In this document: positions 34,168 to 45,147 of the stretch, piece by piece
Numbering within the stretch: position 1 is the stretch's first letter
How the letters are laid out: each line of letters starts with the position of its first letter
NCBI GenBank assembly: GCA_004431415.1
Contig: QPMI01000496.1
Span: forward strand, 62,001-126,000
From: Cyanophora paradoxa CCMP329
Lineage: Eukaryota; Plantae; Glaucophyta
Direction of reading: 5' to 3'
Length of the DNA stretch: 64,000 nucleotides
Made by a program: the position numbers and the translations under genes
The notes under the pieces: model-generated
What the model was told of the DNA's origin: nothing
Seen by the model: only the letters and a program-made list of their open reading frames with translations
Databases searched by the model: none

Positions 34168-37100
34168 ATGGCGCCGCATGTCGTCGAGATGAGCGACGGC
34201 GGCAGCGCCGCGGCACCCGCGGCGCTGCACGCTTCGCCGGACTTCGGTGCGCTGCCGCGCGGCCGAAGGGGCTTAATAGCTTCGCAAGCTCGACCCAAGA
34301 TCCGCCCATTTCCAAGACGTCTCGCGTGCAGATGCGGAGGGCGGCGCCGTGATCGTCAAGGTAGTCGAATCCCATCTCGCATCCATGGCCACGACGCCGG
34401 CGCCAGGCGCGGCCGGGGCGACCGCTCCTGCTCCCGGCTCCGAGCTCGAGTGCACGCGGCGCCCCCGGCCCGCGCCAAGCGGCGCCGGGGTGCGGCGGGC
34501 GGAGACCGAGTTTTTGGACTTTGACGCGGAGATGCCTCGGACGCTCCTCTCGATGCACGGCGTCGGCTACAGCGTCGACGAGGCGGCCGCCCCCCTTGAG
34601 TTCGGCCTCGAAGCGCTCCAGAGGGGCCAGCTGCCGGCCTCCCTCCCGAAAACGCGGCAGAAGGTGCGAGATCTATAGCGCACGCGAGCGCGCCCCGCCT
34701 CTCGAGCTTCGCGCGGCCGGCGGGCTGCTGAGGCCACGGCTTCGCATCGCCAGGTCCTGCTGCACGGCATCTCCGCCTCGGCTCGCTCGGGGGAGTGCAT
34801 GGCCATCATGGGGCCCTCCGGTCCGCCCGCCGCCGCCCCGCGCGCCCCGCGCCCCGCGCCCGATCGCGACCCGCCGGCGCCGGCGCCGCGCGCAGGCAGC
34901 GGCAAGAGTGAGCGCTCTGCTTGAGCCCCCTTCCAGCCTTCTCGGATTGGGTTCGAATCCCGCGCAGGCACGTTCCTGGACATCGTCGCGGGGCGGAAGT
35001 CCATCGGCACGGTACCCCTTGAAGTCCCTCCGTATGGCCATGCATATGGACTCGTACCCGAGTGAAACTCCCCCTCTCGCAGGTCACGGGGCGGGTACTG
35101 CTGAACGGGGAGCCCCTCGTGGAAGGGGGGGAGAAGAACCTCCGCCTCCTCCAGCGCGCGACCTCCTACGTCACGCAGGTCCGGGCGCCCCGTACCCCCT
35201 CGACCTCACCCCTGAAGCGTTGACCCGGTACCCCCCAGGACGACGTGCTGCTGGAGCACCTGACGGTGCGGGAGACGTTCATGTACGCCGCCCGCCTCAC
35301 GCTCCCCGCCTCCGCAACGGACGCGGAGCGCGCTGCGCGGGTTCGGATCCCCACCGACCCCTTTCGAACCAGTCTGTCTGAACTGCGCGCCGCGCCACCA
35401 GGTGGATGACGTCATCGCCGAGGTACGGGGGCGGGGCGCTGGGGGTACCGGTAGCGTTGGGCGCCGCCCACTAAAGGGTACGCAGCTGGGCCTCATCAAG
35501 GCGGCCGACACGCTCATCGGGGGGTACTTCCGCCGCGGCGTCTCGGGCGGTGCGCGCCCGCTTCCAGCTCTGCCCCCGCCGCGCCCCCAAACTTCCCCGC
35601 CCGGACTCGAACCCGCGACCCGCAGGCGAGAAGCGCCGCGTCTCCATCGGCGTCGAGCTCATCCGCAGGCGAGCTCGAGCGCCCCCTCTACCCCCCTCCC
35701 ACCCCCCCGAACGCGTACCCCAGCCCGCTGGTACTGCTGCTGGACGAGCCCACCTCGGGCCTCTCCTCCGCCGACGCCTACGGGTGCCCCCTTCCCCTCC
35801 CCACCCCCCCCACCCCCCCCTCCCTCTTCCCCTGAGCCGTGCCGGCGGGGCGCAGGATCGTGGACGTGGTGAAGGGGATGGCCGAGGCGGGGCACACGGT
35901 CGTCTGGTGAGCCCCCGCCCCTGACAAGCCCCGCTCCGCCCGCCCCCCGCTTCTCTCTGGGCTCTCCTAGCGGACCTGCAGCTGGCCCGTGAAGCGGCCG
36001 CGCGGCTGACGCGGCGAGCCGCGCAGCACGATCCACCAGCCGTCGGACGCGGTCTTCTCGATGTTCGACGCTCTGCTGCTCCTCGCCGCCGGCCGCGCAG
36101 CCTATTTCGGGCCCGTGCGCCCCGGAGAGGGGGGGGGGGAGGGTAGACGGGGGCTACGCCCTCCTTCGATCCGATCTGATTTGATCTGATTCGATCTCTT
36201 TGTCCCAGGCCGCGGGGGCGGTGGCGCACTTCGAGTCTCTGGGGTACCCCCTCGCGGGGCGCGCCGTCTCCCCCGCCGAGTTCCTCATCGAGGTACCCCC
36301 CCTCCTCCTCGGCCCCCGTCTCCCCTCAAGCCTCGGACGCCCCCAGACGGTCTCGCCGCCGATCGGGAGCGCGGCGCTGGCGTGGGTCGCTGGGGACGCC
36401 GACGGGGCGTTCCGGCGGGGGCGGAGGCGGCGGGGGCGGCGCCCGGCGCTCGAGCAGGGGTACGCCGCGGGCGCCAAGGTCCGATCCGAACACGCCGGCG
36501 CCTCTCTCTGTTTCGGTTCCCGCGCCTCTGCTGACGCCCCGGCGCCGGTCGCGCGCAGACCGCGCTGCAGCCCGGCGCCAGCCATCAGGTGCGGTCCGGC
36601 GCCTCTCCGAGCCTCACAGCCCATCCTTTCCTTTCCTGAGGGTTCGGGCAGGACATGATGGCCCGGCTCGAATCCCGGCTGGAGGATTTGGCCAGCAGGC
36701 GCGGAACCGCGCCCCGGCCCGTTTTTGTGGCCCGACGCGGGTTCGAACCCGCGCGGCGCAGGTACTCCGAGTCGGACCTGGGACGCCGTACCCTCGAGGA
36801 GCTCTCCCAGATCGAATCCAAGCGGGTCCGCCCGTCCCCTGCCCTCTTTCCGCGTACCCCATCCTCGCTCATTGCGCCGGCGCGCGCAGCACGCGCGGCT
36901 GCCGGCGCCGCTGGGCGACTCGCTGCCGGACCGCGTCGGCTTCTGGCGGCAGACCGCCGTCCTCTGCGGCCGCAACTGCCGCCTGGCCCGCGCCTTCCCC
37001 CCCCCCCTCTTCACCCCCCCATTCCGCCTCGCGCTGACGGGGGTACAGCTCTTCCGGGACTTCACGCTCTTCCTCGCGATCTGCCTGCAGGTCCGGCCCG

Positions 37101-39081
37101 CGGCCACCCTCCCCAGCCTCTACCCCCCCCCCCCCACTCCCCACCCCCTCCAGGGCATCGTTGTGGCCTCGCTCTCTGGCTCCCTCTTCCGCACCAACGA
37201 GGCCGGCGCCGCCTCCGGCCTCGACCGTCCGCCTCCCTCGAGCTCCCCCCCCTGCCCCCCGCCGCCCCCGCCCTCCTCCACTCCCCCGCAGAGAGCGAGA
37301 TGCTGCGGTACCAGGGCCTCTTCATGGTCTGCCTCGTGCGCGGCCCGCGCCAGCCCGCCGACCCCTCCCCTCCCCACCCCATGGCTTACGCCGACGGCCC
37401 TTCTGCATTCTCACGTACCCCGCGTCGCTCGCCCCCCCCCCTCCCCACACCAGATGATCACGTACTCCTTTTTCGCGGTGGTCGACTCCCTCCTCGCCGA
37501 GCGCGGCCTCATGAACCGCGAGGCGCGTACCCCCCCCGTGTTCCGTACCCCCTCCTGATTCTGCCTCCGATCCTTCGAATTCAGGTCCGGTCCGGATCGT
37601 ACAGCCTCTACTCCTATTTCTTGGCCAAGACGCTCGTGTCCCTCCCGCAGGCGCGCCCTTTTTTTTTGGGGGGGGGGGGATGGGAAGAGGGCGCTGGGGG
37701 CCAGAATTGACGCTCGCCCCGCCGCTCTTCACCTCTCACCTCGCGCCCGGCTTCGCCCCCCCAGAACTGCATCGTCCTCCTACCCCTCGCCATGATCATG
37801 CACGGCTTCCTCCAGGTACCCCCCGTCCCCTCTCCCTCCCGCTCTTCCTTCCCCCCTAATTCCTCTACCCCCGCCAGCTGAATCCGGGGAGCCAGTCGAC
37901 CGGTTTCTACGTCTTGCTCGCCATGGTCCGGACCCGCGCGCGCGCCCCGGCCGGCCGGCCCACGCCCCGCGCCCCCCCCCCCGCCCCCCCCGCCTCAGGC
38001 GTTCAGCAACGTGGCGGGGAGCGTCACGGAGCTCTGCTCGGCGCTCGCCTCGAGCGCCTCGGCGGCCATCGTCGTCTCCAACGGCCTCGTCGTCCGCCCC
38101 CGCCCCGCCGCGGCGCCCCGCCCCGCCCGGCCCGGCCCCGGCCCCCGCTCCGGCCGCCCCTCGGGCTGTTCATTCTAGACGTCGCCCTAGATTCCGCCCC
38201 CACGACTGGTCAAGGCTTTCAGCGAAGCGTTCAGGATCTTTTAGCCGCAGATCCTTATAATCCAGAATCTAGAGCCAAAGGAGCAGTTCAAACTTAGGCC
38301 TAGAACTGTACATGCGTGCGCTTCGAACGCTGTTCACGCGCTCGCGCTCGCCGCAGGCGGTCTCGTTCATGTTCGGCGGCTTCTTCGTGCCGCGCCACCT
38401 GGTGCCCCGCCACTGGGCCTGGCTCTACTACGGCTCCTTCTTCACCTACGGTTTCTCCGGTCCGCAGCCCCGCCCCGCCCCGCCATCCCCCCGCTCGGTC
38501 AGCTTCGCTCCGCGAGAGCAAGCTCCCCGGCCCCCGCCAGCCCCGCCGCCCCGCCCGACCCCTCCGACCGCGCCGGCAGCGTCGATGGTGAACGAGTTCG
38601 AGGGGCGCCCCGCCTCCGCCTCCGCCTCCGCCTCCGTCCCCCCGGGCCAGGTCCGCAGGGACGCTGCGCAGCTTCCCGATCGCCCCCGCCCGGGCCTCCG
38701 CACGCGCACGCCCCTCGCGCCTAGCCTGCCTGCGCCTGCGCATGCGCATCGTGCCTGCGGGCCCGGGTTCTTCGGCTATTTAGCCATGCCTGCCTGCCTG
38801 CGGGTTCTTCGGCTGTTTAGCTGTGCCTCATATGCATGTGCCTGCATCTGTTTAGCGCTCTCGAGCGCAGCCGGCGCCCCTCGCCCTGTTCGGCCTGGAC
38901 CACGGGACCGACACCGGCAACAAGTGGTTCGAGTGCGCCCCATCGTCTCAGATCTAGAGTCTCCTGATTTACATGAACGTTGACGTTAACCCTCAGCTTC
39001 GGGATCCTGATCCTCTGGTGGCTCTTCTTCCGGGGCCTGACCCTCCTCGCCCTCGGGACCCTCCACAAGGGCCGCCGCTGA
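34168..39081 (+). CDS. ABCG (White-family) half transporter, many short exons
   Basis: Walker A MGPSG|SGKS|TFLD, YVTQ|DDVL, signature VSG|GEKRRVSIG, Walker [17 protein letters not shown], then an ABC2 membrane region (ERGLMNRE|[21 protein letters not shown]). Confidence 0.96.
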
Positions 39082-39521
39082 CGGGAGCTCGAGCTCGAGG
39101 CGCCTGCGCACACGGCCACGAACTTTCAATACAGATCTAGAAGAACCTTTGTACTTCAACACAACTAGAACAGAACCGTCAATTGCAATACAAATCTTTC
39201 ATTTGTACGTACAGTAATACGAATCGTTTCAATACAGACCTTTTTTTGCCGTCTTATCGCTGGACCTACCGGCCGCTGGACCCTGCTCCACAATGCAATG
39301 ATATCGATTCTAGATATCCCGGTCCCGGCCGGGGATAGCGCCCCCGCGCCGGCCCCGGGCAGGAGTCTCATCGCCCCATGGCCATGGCCATGGTCCGGAT
39401 CTCGCGATCGCGTCTGATTTCACTGCAGCTGTGCCATCCATCGCCCCGGCGCCCGGCCCGCGTCTGTTTCTGTCTTCTGTGTTTTTGATTCACACATTTA
39501 GCGTTGGCCGAAGGGCCCTGG

Positions 39522-42500
39522 CTAGGGGCTCCCCTCCCCGCTCCCCTCGTCGTCGCCCCCGCTCGAGCTGCCGTCCCCCTCGTCCTCGTCCCACTCCTGC
39601 CCCCCCGGCCGCCCCCCGCCTCAGCGGCCCGGCGAGCCCCGCCCGAGCCTGAAGCTTAAGCTCAAGGGCGGCGCACCTGCGCCCCCTCCTCTTCCTCCTC
39701 GACCTCGCCCTCGTCCGCCCTCAGCTGGTCCCCCCGGAAGTACGACTCCTGCGCTCGAGGTCAGATTTAGGTACCCCGCAGAATTGGGGAAGGGCCGGGA
39801 GGGGGGTACACGCCTGCAGGACCTGCCGTCCCGCCACTCCGCCGTACTCCCCGCTCAGGATGCTCGCGTACCTATCCGGGGTACAGTTCGTAAAGAGAGA
39901 AAGAGGGGACCGGGGGGGTACAGGCGCACAGGTTGCCGTCCTTGTCGCGGTCCGCGGCGCCCCTGAGCTTTTCCGCGAGGGCCAGGAGCCGCTCGTACCC
40001 CTCCCGGAGCTGCGCTCGCGTGAGTCACGCCATCTCGGCTTCTCATCTCTCTCGCGGGCGCGGGCCTCCTGGACGGGCTCGTCGAGCTCGGGCCCGCGGG
40101 CGGCGAGCCAGGCGGCCCAGCTCTGCGCCCTGGCCTTCGGGTGGGCGCCCCTCAGCTCCTGCCCCAGCGCCTGCGCCAGCCTCTCAGTCCCTCAGCTCCC
40201 GAGGGAAGGAGGGCGGGGGCGCACGGCGGCCTTGAGGCCGAGGTTGTAGACGAAGTGCGTGGGCTGGAGGGCGTGCCCCGCCCGCACCTTGAACTGGCAC
40301 GCCCGCGCCACCTGGAGGGAGGGGGCGCACGCAGGCGTCAGAGTTCTTCTTCTTTGGAGGCGCAGGGGCCGGGCCCGCCCGCCCCACCTTGTAGCGCGCC
40401 ACGTGCACGCCCGACTCCTGGGCGCCGAGGACCGGTGAGAGGACGGGCGGGGCGCGGAGGGGCGGGGCGGGCCTTGGGGCGGGAGAAGGCGAGGGCGCCG
40501 CGGGCCCAGCGCGCCTCGGGGCGGAGGCGCCTCTCCTCCTGCTCGGGCAGCTCGAACCCGTCCTCCCTGAACGTCAGCCGGTACCTGCTCTTCAAGATGA
40601 GGCGGGGGCGGACAGGCGGCGCCGCGGCCGGGCGCACCACGCGCTGTGCTGCCGCATGCAGGCGCGGCACACGCTGCCGGGGCGCCGCCGCAGCTGCTGG
40701 ACAGAAAGGCTGCGGGGGGTACGCGGCTTTCCGCTGAGCGGGGATGCGAAGGGGGCGGGAGATGGAGGGGGCGAGGGGCACCGAGTGAACTGCAGGAACT
40801 TCTCGGGCTGCGGGGGGAGGGGAACAAGTCAGACTCGGGGGGTACGCTACGTGCGGGGGCGCGGGGGGTACGCGCCAGGCTGGTCGTTCCGTACTTGTGC
40901 GTCTTGAACTTCTGAGACGTGACCGCAAAAACATTTTTGTTCGCATCCAGGGCCTGCGGGGAGGGTTTCGGGCTCAGCAGGGGTACGGGGGTATGCGGGT
41001 GTACCGGTGCGGGCGGACTCACGTTCTCAATGGTTCGGGCGCAGGCGTCCCACTCGGCCACTGCGGGAGTCGTGAGCGGGCTTGGGGGGTACGACAAGCG
41101 GCTGCGGCGGGCGTACCCTCCGGCCTGCTCTGAAGAGCTTTGGGGTCCACAGCGACGCGAACCATACCCCGGACCAGCCGCTCTGCGCGACAAAAAGAGC
41201 GTCGGAGGGGGTACAGGACGCCCAAGGGGCCGCGCGGCGCACCGAACGCCTCGCCCGCCCCTAAGTTCGTAATGCCTGCGGGGCCAGTACCCCGGCTCAG
41301 ACCCAGGGGTAAGCGTCGCGGGCTCTCGGCGCACCGACCGCCCCCCGCAGGTCGCCCCCCCGTACGGCCCTCTCCACACGCCTCGCCTCCTCCTCCTGTA
41401 CCCCCGCGCGTCAGACGGGACCGAGCAAACGCGTACCCCCCAGGGCCCGGCCGGCTCGCCTCGCGACTCCTGTCGAGCTCGCGGTGCAGCGCCTCCGGGT
41501 CGTCCTCTACCCCCCCCTCTCCTTCCTCCTTCTCCCCCTCCCCTTCCGATCCGGCCTCGCTGCCCGAATCCTCCGCCTCCTCCTCCTCCTCCTCCTCCTC
41601 CTCATCACCCTCCTTCCCGCCCGGCTGATAGTCCTCGTCCGCCTCGTCGTCGTCCTCCTCGTCCTGGGGCAGAGGTCAAGCCCGGCCGGGCTCAGGTGGG
41701 CTCGTCTGAGCGGGGCACCTCCTCCCCCGCGGGCGGCGGGGATACCGCCTCGCTGTCGTCGATGAAGTCGGACTCGTACTCGTCCTCGTCCTCGGGGGGG
41801 TCCTCCTCGCCTTCCCCGGCCCGCGCCCCCGCCCCCGTCTCCTCCTCCTCCTCCTCGTCCTCCTCGCTCTGGTCGCCCCGCCTCAGGTGCTGCAGCTTCG
41901 AGCTCCGCCCACGCTGCTTCGCCCCGGCTGCGGCGCCCGGGTACCCGTCTTCGGTCCGGCGAGTTCAGGGGGAGATAGAAAGGCGCACCCGGGCCGGCGG
42001 CGGCCTCGATTTTGGCCCGGGCGGAGCCGAACCCCGACGAGCTGGGGCCGGCGGCCGGCTCGGAGTCGTCGTCCTCGTCCAACAGCACCGTCCTGCGAGG
42101 GGGGGTGGGGAAAGAGTCGTAACGGGAGGGGCGGGCGGGAAGGAAGGGTACAGCTCGCCTTCCACGCGTGTGGCCTGCGAAGGGCGAACAGCAGAGGTCA
42201 GCGGCGGCGGGGCGGGCGGGGAAGGGGCGGCGGGGCGCGCACGGAGGCCGCCGACGGTGGTCGCGGGGACGTCGGGGGCCGCCCCCTCGGCGCGCGAGCG
42301 TTTGCCCGGGCTCGCCAGCTCCGCGCCCCCGGCCGCCCGCTTGGAAGGCGACGCCAGCGGCAGCTCCGGCGGAGGCGGGGGCTGCGCCGCCTGCCGCGCC
42401 GCCTGCTTCGCCGCCTGCCGCGGCGCCAACTCCTCCGCCCGGCGGCGGGCCGCGTCCATGCTCATCGGCTGGCCCCCCTCCGAATAGAAAGAATTCAGCA

Positions 42501-42875
42501 TGAGCTTCACCGCTTCGAACTCCAGCACGGCGCCCGCCTGCACGCGCGCGGAGGAGCGGAGTGAGCTGATCATGAGCCCAGTGTTCTACTCGGCGGGGAG
42601 GAAAGGGAAGGAGCCGATGGCACCTCGTCCGCGTAGAAGAACTGCCAGGAATTCGACGCTTTGTCCCAACCGTATCCGCCGAAGCGCAACGCGTCCTTCG
42701 GGCCTTCGGGCCGGTACCAGCCCTCCTGTTCGTTGCCCTTGCCGCCGCGCACGAGCACCGCGTATCTCGAGTCTCCGAGAAGCTCGAGCGACGCCGATGC
42801 TCTAAACTTGCGGCCGGGCAATTCACAGACGGCTTGGAATGGTGGGCGCACGTTCAGGCCGTGCCAAGCCGCCAT
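39522..42875 (-). CDS. Hypothetical multi-exon protein with a DUF5710/HARP-like N-terminal motif and acidic low-complexity tracts
   Basis: ATG at 42875, first exon containing PKDALRFGGYGWDKASNSWQF, a chain of spliceable exons, D/E-rich segments, and terminal exon ...EWDEDEGDGSSSGGDDEGSGEGSP*. Confidence 0.65.
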
Positions 42876-43591
42876 TTCTGAGCTTTACCGATACTACAGC
42901 GATGCGATGCTGCAGCCCGCAGCGCTCCGATCGGCGCCGCAGCCGCGCGCGCTGGAGGCCAAGGCTAACCGCTGAGGCAGAGAGCCTCTCCGATGTTTAA
43001 ATGGAGCCTGCTTCAGCTCCAAAGCGTCCCCGAGGCTCGGAATCGGGCGAAGAACGGCGTTCTCTTTAGCCTTGCTGTACCCCGCCAGCCGCACCTTCAA
43101 CATTACTAATTTTTTTTATAAGTTAAAGCTTATAATTATATTAAGCTTAAGCTTGCCACCTTCAATTGCAATTGCCAGGCTTGCCACCTCCAATTGTAAA
43201 TTCTGTCTTCTCCGCGCTTGCAATTCCGGAGCGCATCGGTTGCTGGTCGCTGCGCGCGCCCCCGGCCCAGACGACTAGCTAGCCGAGTAGTACTCCTGGA
43301 GCGCACAGCCGCTGGGCGTGCGTGCCTTGGCAAATGCAAATGCGTCCTAGTAGTTTTAAAATTTCTTACATCCGCCCGATCGAAGACCGGGCGCAAGCGA
43401 GCGGGATCGATTTCCTACTCCCGTAGCTGGAGGAGAAGATGGGACGAGGGAGGCGCGGGGGCGCGTGCGGGTCTGGGGGATCGGCCACCCCACGTATGTG
43501 CAGGAGGGGGCCGGGATCGGAGCGAACGCGAAGAGGAGGGAACTCGGCAGGGGGGAGGACGACGGGGGAGCATCGGCGCCGGGCCCCTCCA

Positions 43592-44949
43592 CTAACCGAC
43601 CTTCTTGCCCATGTTCCCTGCGCCGAACGCGTGAGCCGGGGCCGGCGGACCGAATCCGACTGTGAAAGAGGGCGGCGCACCGAGCGTCCTGTGCCAGAAG
43701 GTCTCGCGGATGAGGGGGATGCGGGCGAAGCTCGGCTTCTCGTGCAGGCGGTCCTGGATGCCGTAGCCGTACTCCTTGTTCGTGGTCTTCTCGGGGCAGC
43801 GCGTCATGTAGAGGCCCTGCGCCTTGTGCGGGCAGAAGTGCTTGTCCCGCGCGCAGTGCGAGCACGACGTCGCCGACGCCTGCGCGCGCGCCCCCGCGTC
43901 TCAGGCGGATCCCGCCTCGGATCGAATCGGACGCTCGCGAGCTCGCCTGCATCTCGATGAGGTCGTACGTGTACTTGGGCGGGTTGTAGATCGACGGGAG
44001 CGCCCCGACGGTCGCCGGGCGGGCCGCCCCGTCGTGCGCCCCGCCGCCGCCGCCGCCCGAGCCGAGCTCGTAGTCCATGTCTGTCCACGCCTCGCCGTCC
44101 TGCGCCTGCACCCGCTTCTGGACGTACGCCTCGTGCTTGAGCCGTTCCCTGTACTGCTCGCAGCGGAAGTGCTCCGTGTACTCTGCCGCGGGGCTCGCGC
44201 GCGCACGCCGAGGCAGCCGGCGAGGGCCCCGGCGCACCGTCTCGCTTCTTGAAGTCTCCCGACAAGAAACCCTTCTTCTTCTCCTTCTGCCGCAGGCGGT
44301 AGGCCCTGCGTCGCGATAAGGAGAGCGCGCAGCGAGCTTAGAGGCGAGGGGCCGATGCGGACCAGCCGTCGTCGAACTTCTTGCCGTCATGCAGCCAGAC
44401 GTGCTTCTTCTCGAAGAGAGTGTCGTTCGTCGTCCCTTCCTGCGAGGAGAGGAGCAAGTCAGAACTGGCTTGTTCAGCTAGTGCGCCCGGAGCAGAAAGG
44501 GCGGCCAGCTGGGTGCCAGCTAGCGTTCGGCAAACCTTCAGCGGCATCGTGCCGAACTGCTTTCCCAGGAAGCGAGGGTCCCGGTCTGCAAGAAAAACGC
44601 AGTTAGCTAGCGTTGAGCGCGTCTCCAAGTCGGGTCTCGCTCACTCGTCTTCTTCTCATACTTGTCCCCTGCGGCGCCGGGACGGTCAGGGGTCCGGTCC
44701 AGCGAAAACAGTCAATAACAACCGTCTATATTCCAAAGCTAAAGCCTGGCCGGCGCCAGGCGTCCGCCTGGGGTGGCTTCCCCAACAACTGCCCAGCTCG
44801 AGCCGCCGGGTGGCGCCAGGCGCGCGAGACAGCATAGAAAGGTTTAGCTGCAGACCCCCCAGACGAAAACTGGGCCTACCGATGGTGATGTAGTCTGGAA
44901 TGCTAAATTGGTTCGCCAAGTGCTTTTTGTCATTCTTGTCGAACGCCAT
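43592..44949 (-). CDS. Flagellar-associated protein with CFAP96/DUF4586-like N-terminus
   Basis: Spliced: FSIPDYITIG|DKYEKK...RFLGKQF...NDTLFEK...QKEKKKGFLSGDFKKR|...EQYRERLKHE...KPSFARIPLIRETFWHR. The FS.P.YITIGD.Y motif matches my recollection of the CFAP96-type family; not database-verified. Confidence 0.7.
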
Positions 44950-45147
44950 GGTGCCCCGTCGACCTCAAACCAGCTGTATGCAACAAGCTAGAGTTCTCGC
45001 CGGTGCTGATGGGGGTTCCTGGTGCGCTCGGAGGAAAAGGTTCGTTGCTCTCGCAAGGTCTCTTTTTAGAATCCTACGTACCCCAATGCAGACAGACCTG
45101 TACCCCACCAAGAAGCGGTCCGGCGAAAAGGTCACGCCCACGCGACC

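Noticed and set aside
34940-35625. T-loop-like GGTTCGA motifs as tRNA genes
   Set aside because: No acceptor stem, D-arm or anticodon arm can be folded around them, and they lie within short introns.
38764-38822. Duplicated CGGGTTCTTCGGCTRTTTAGC within an ABCG intron
   Set aside because: A simple local duplication with no terminal inverted repeats or further copies in the window.
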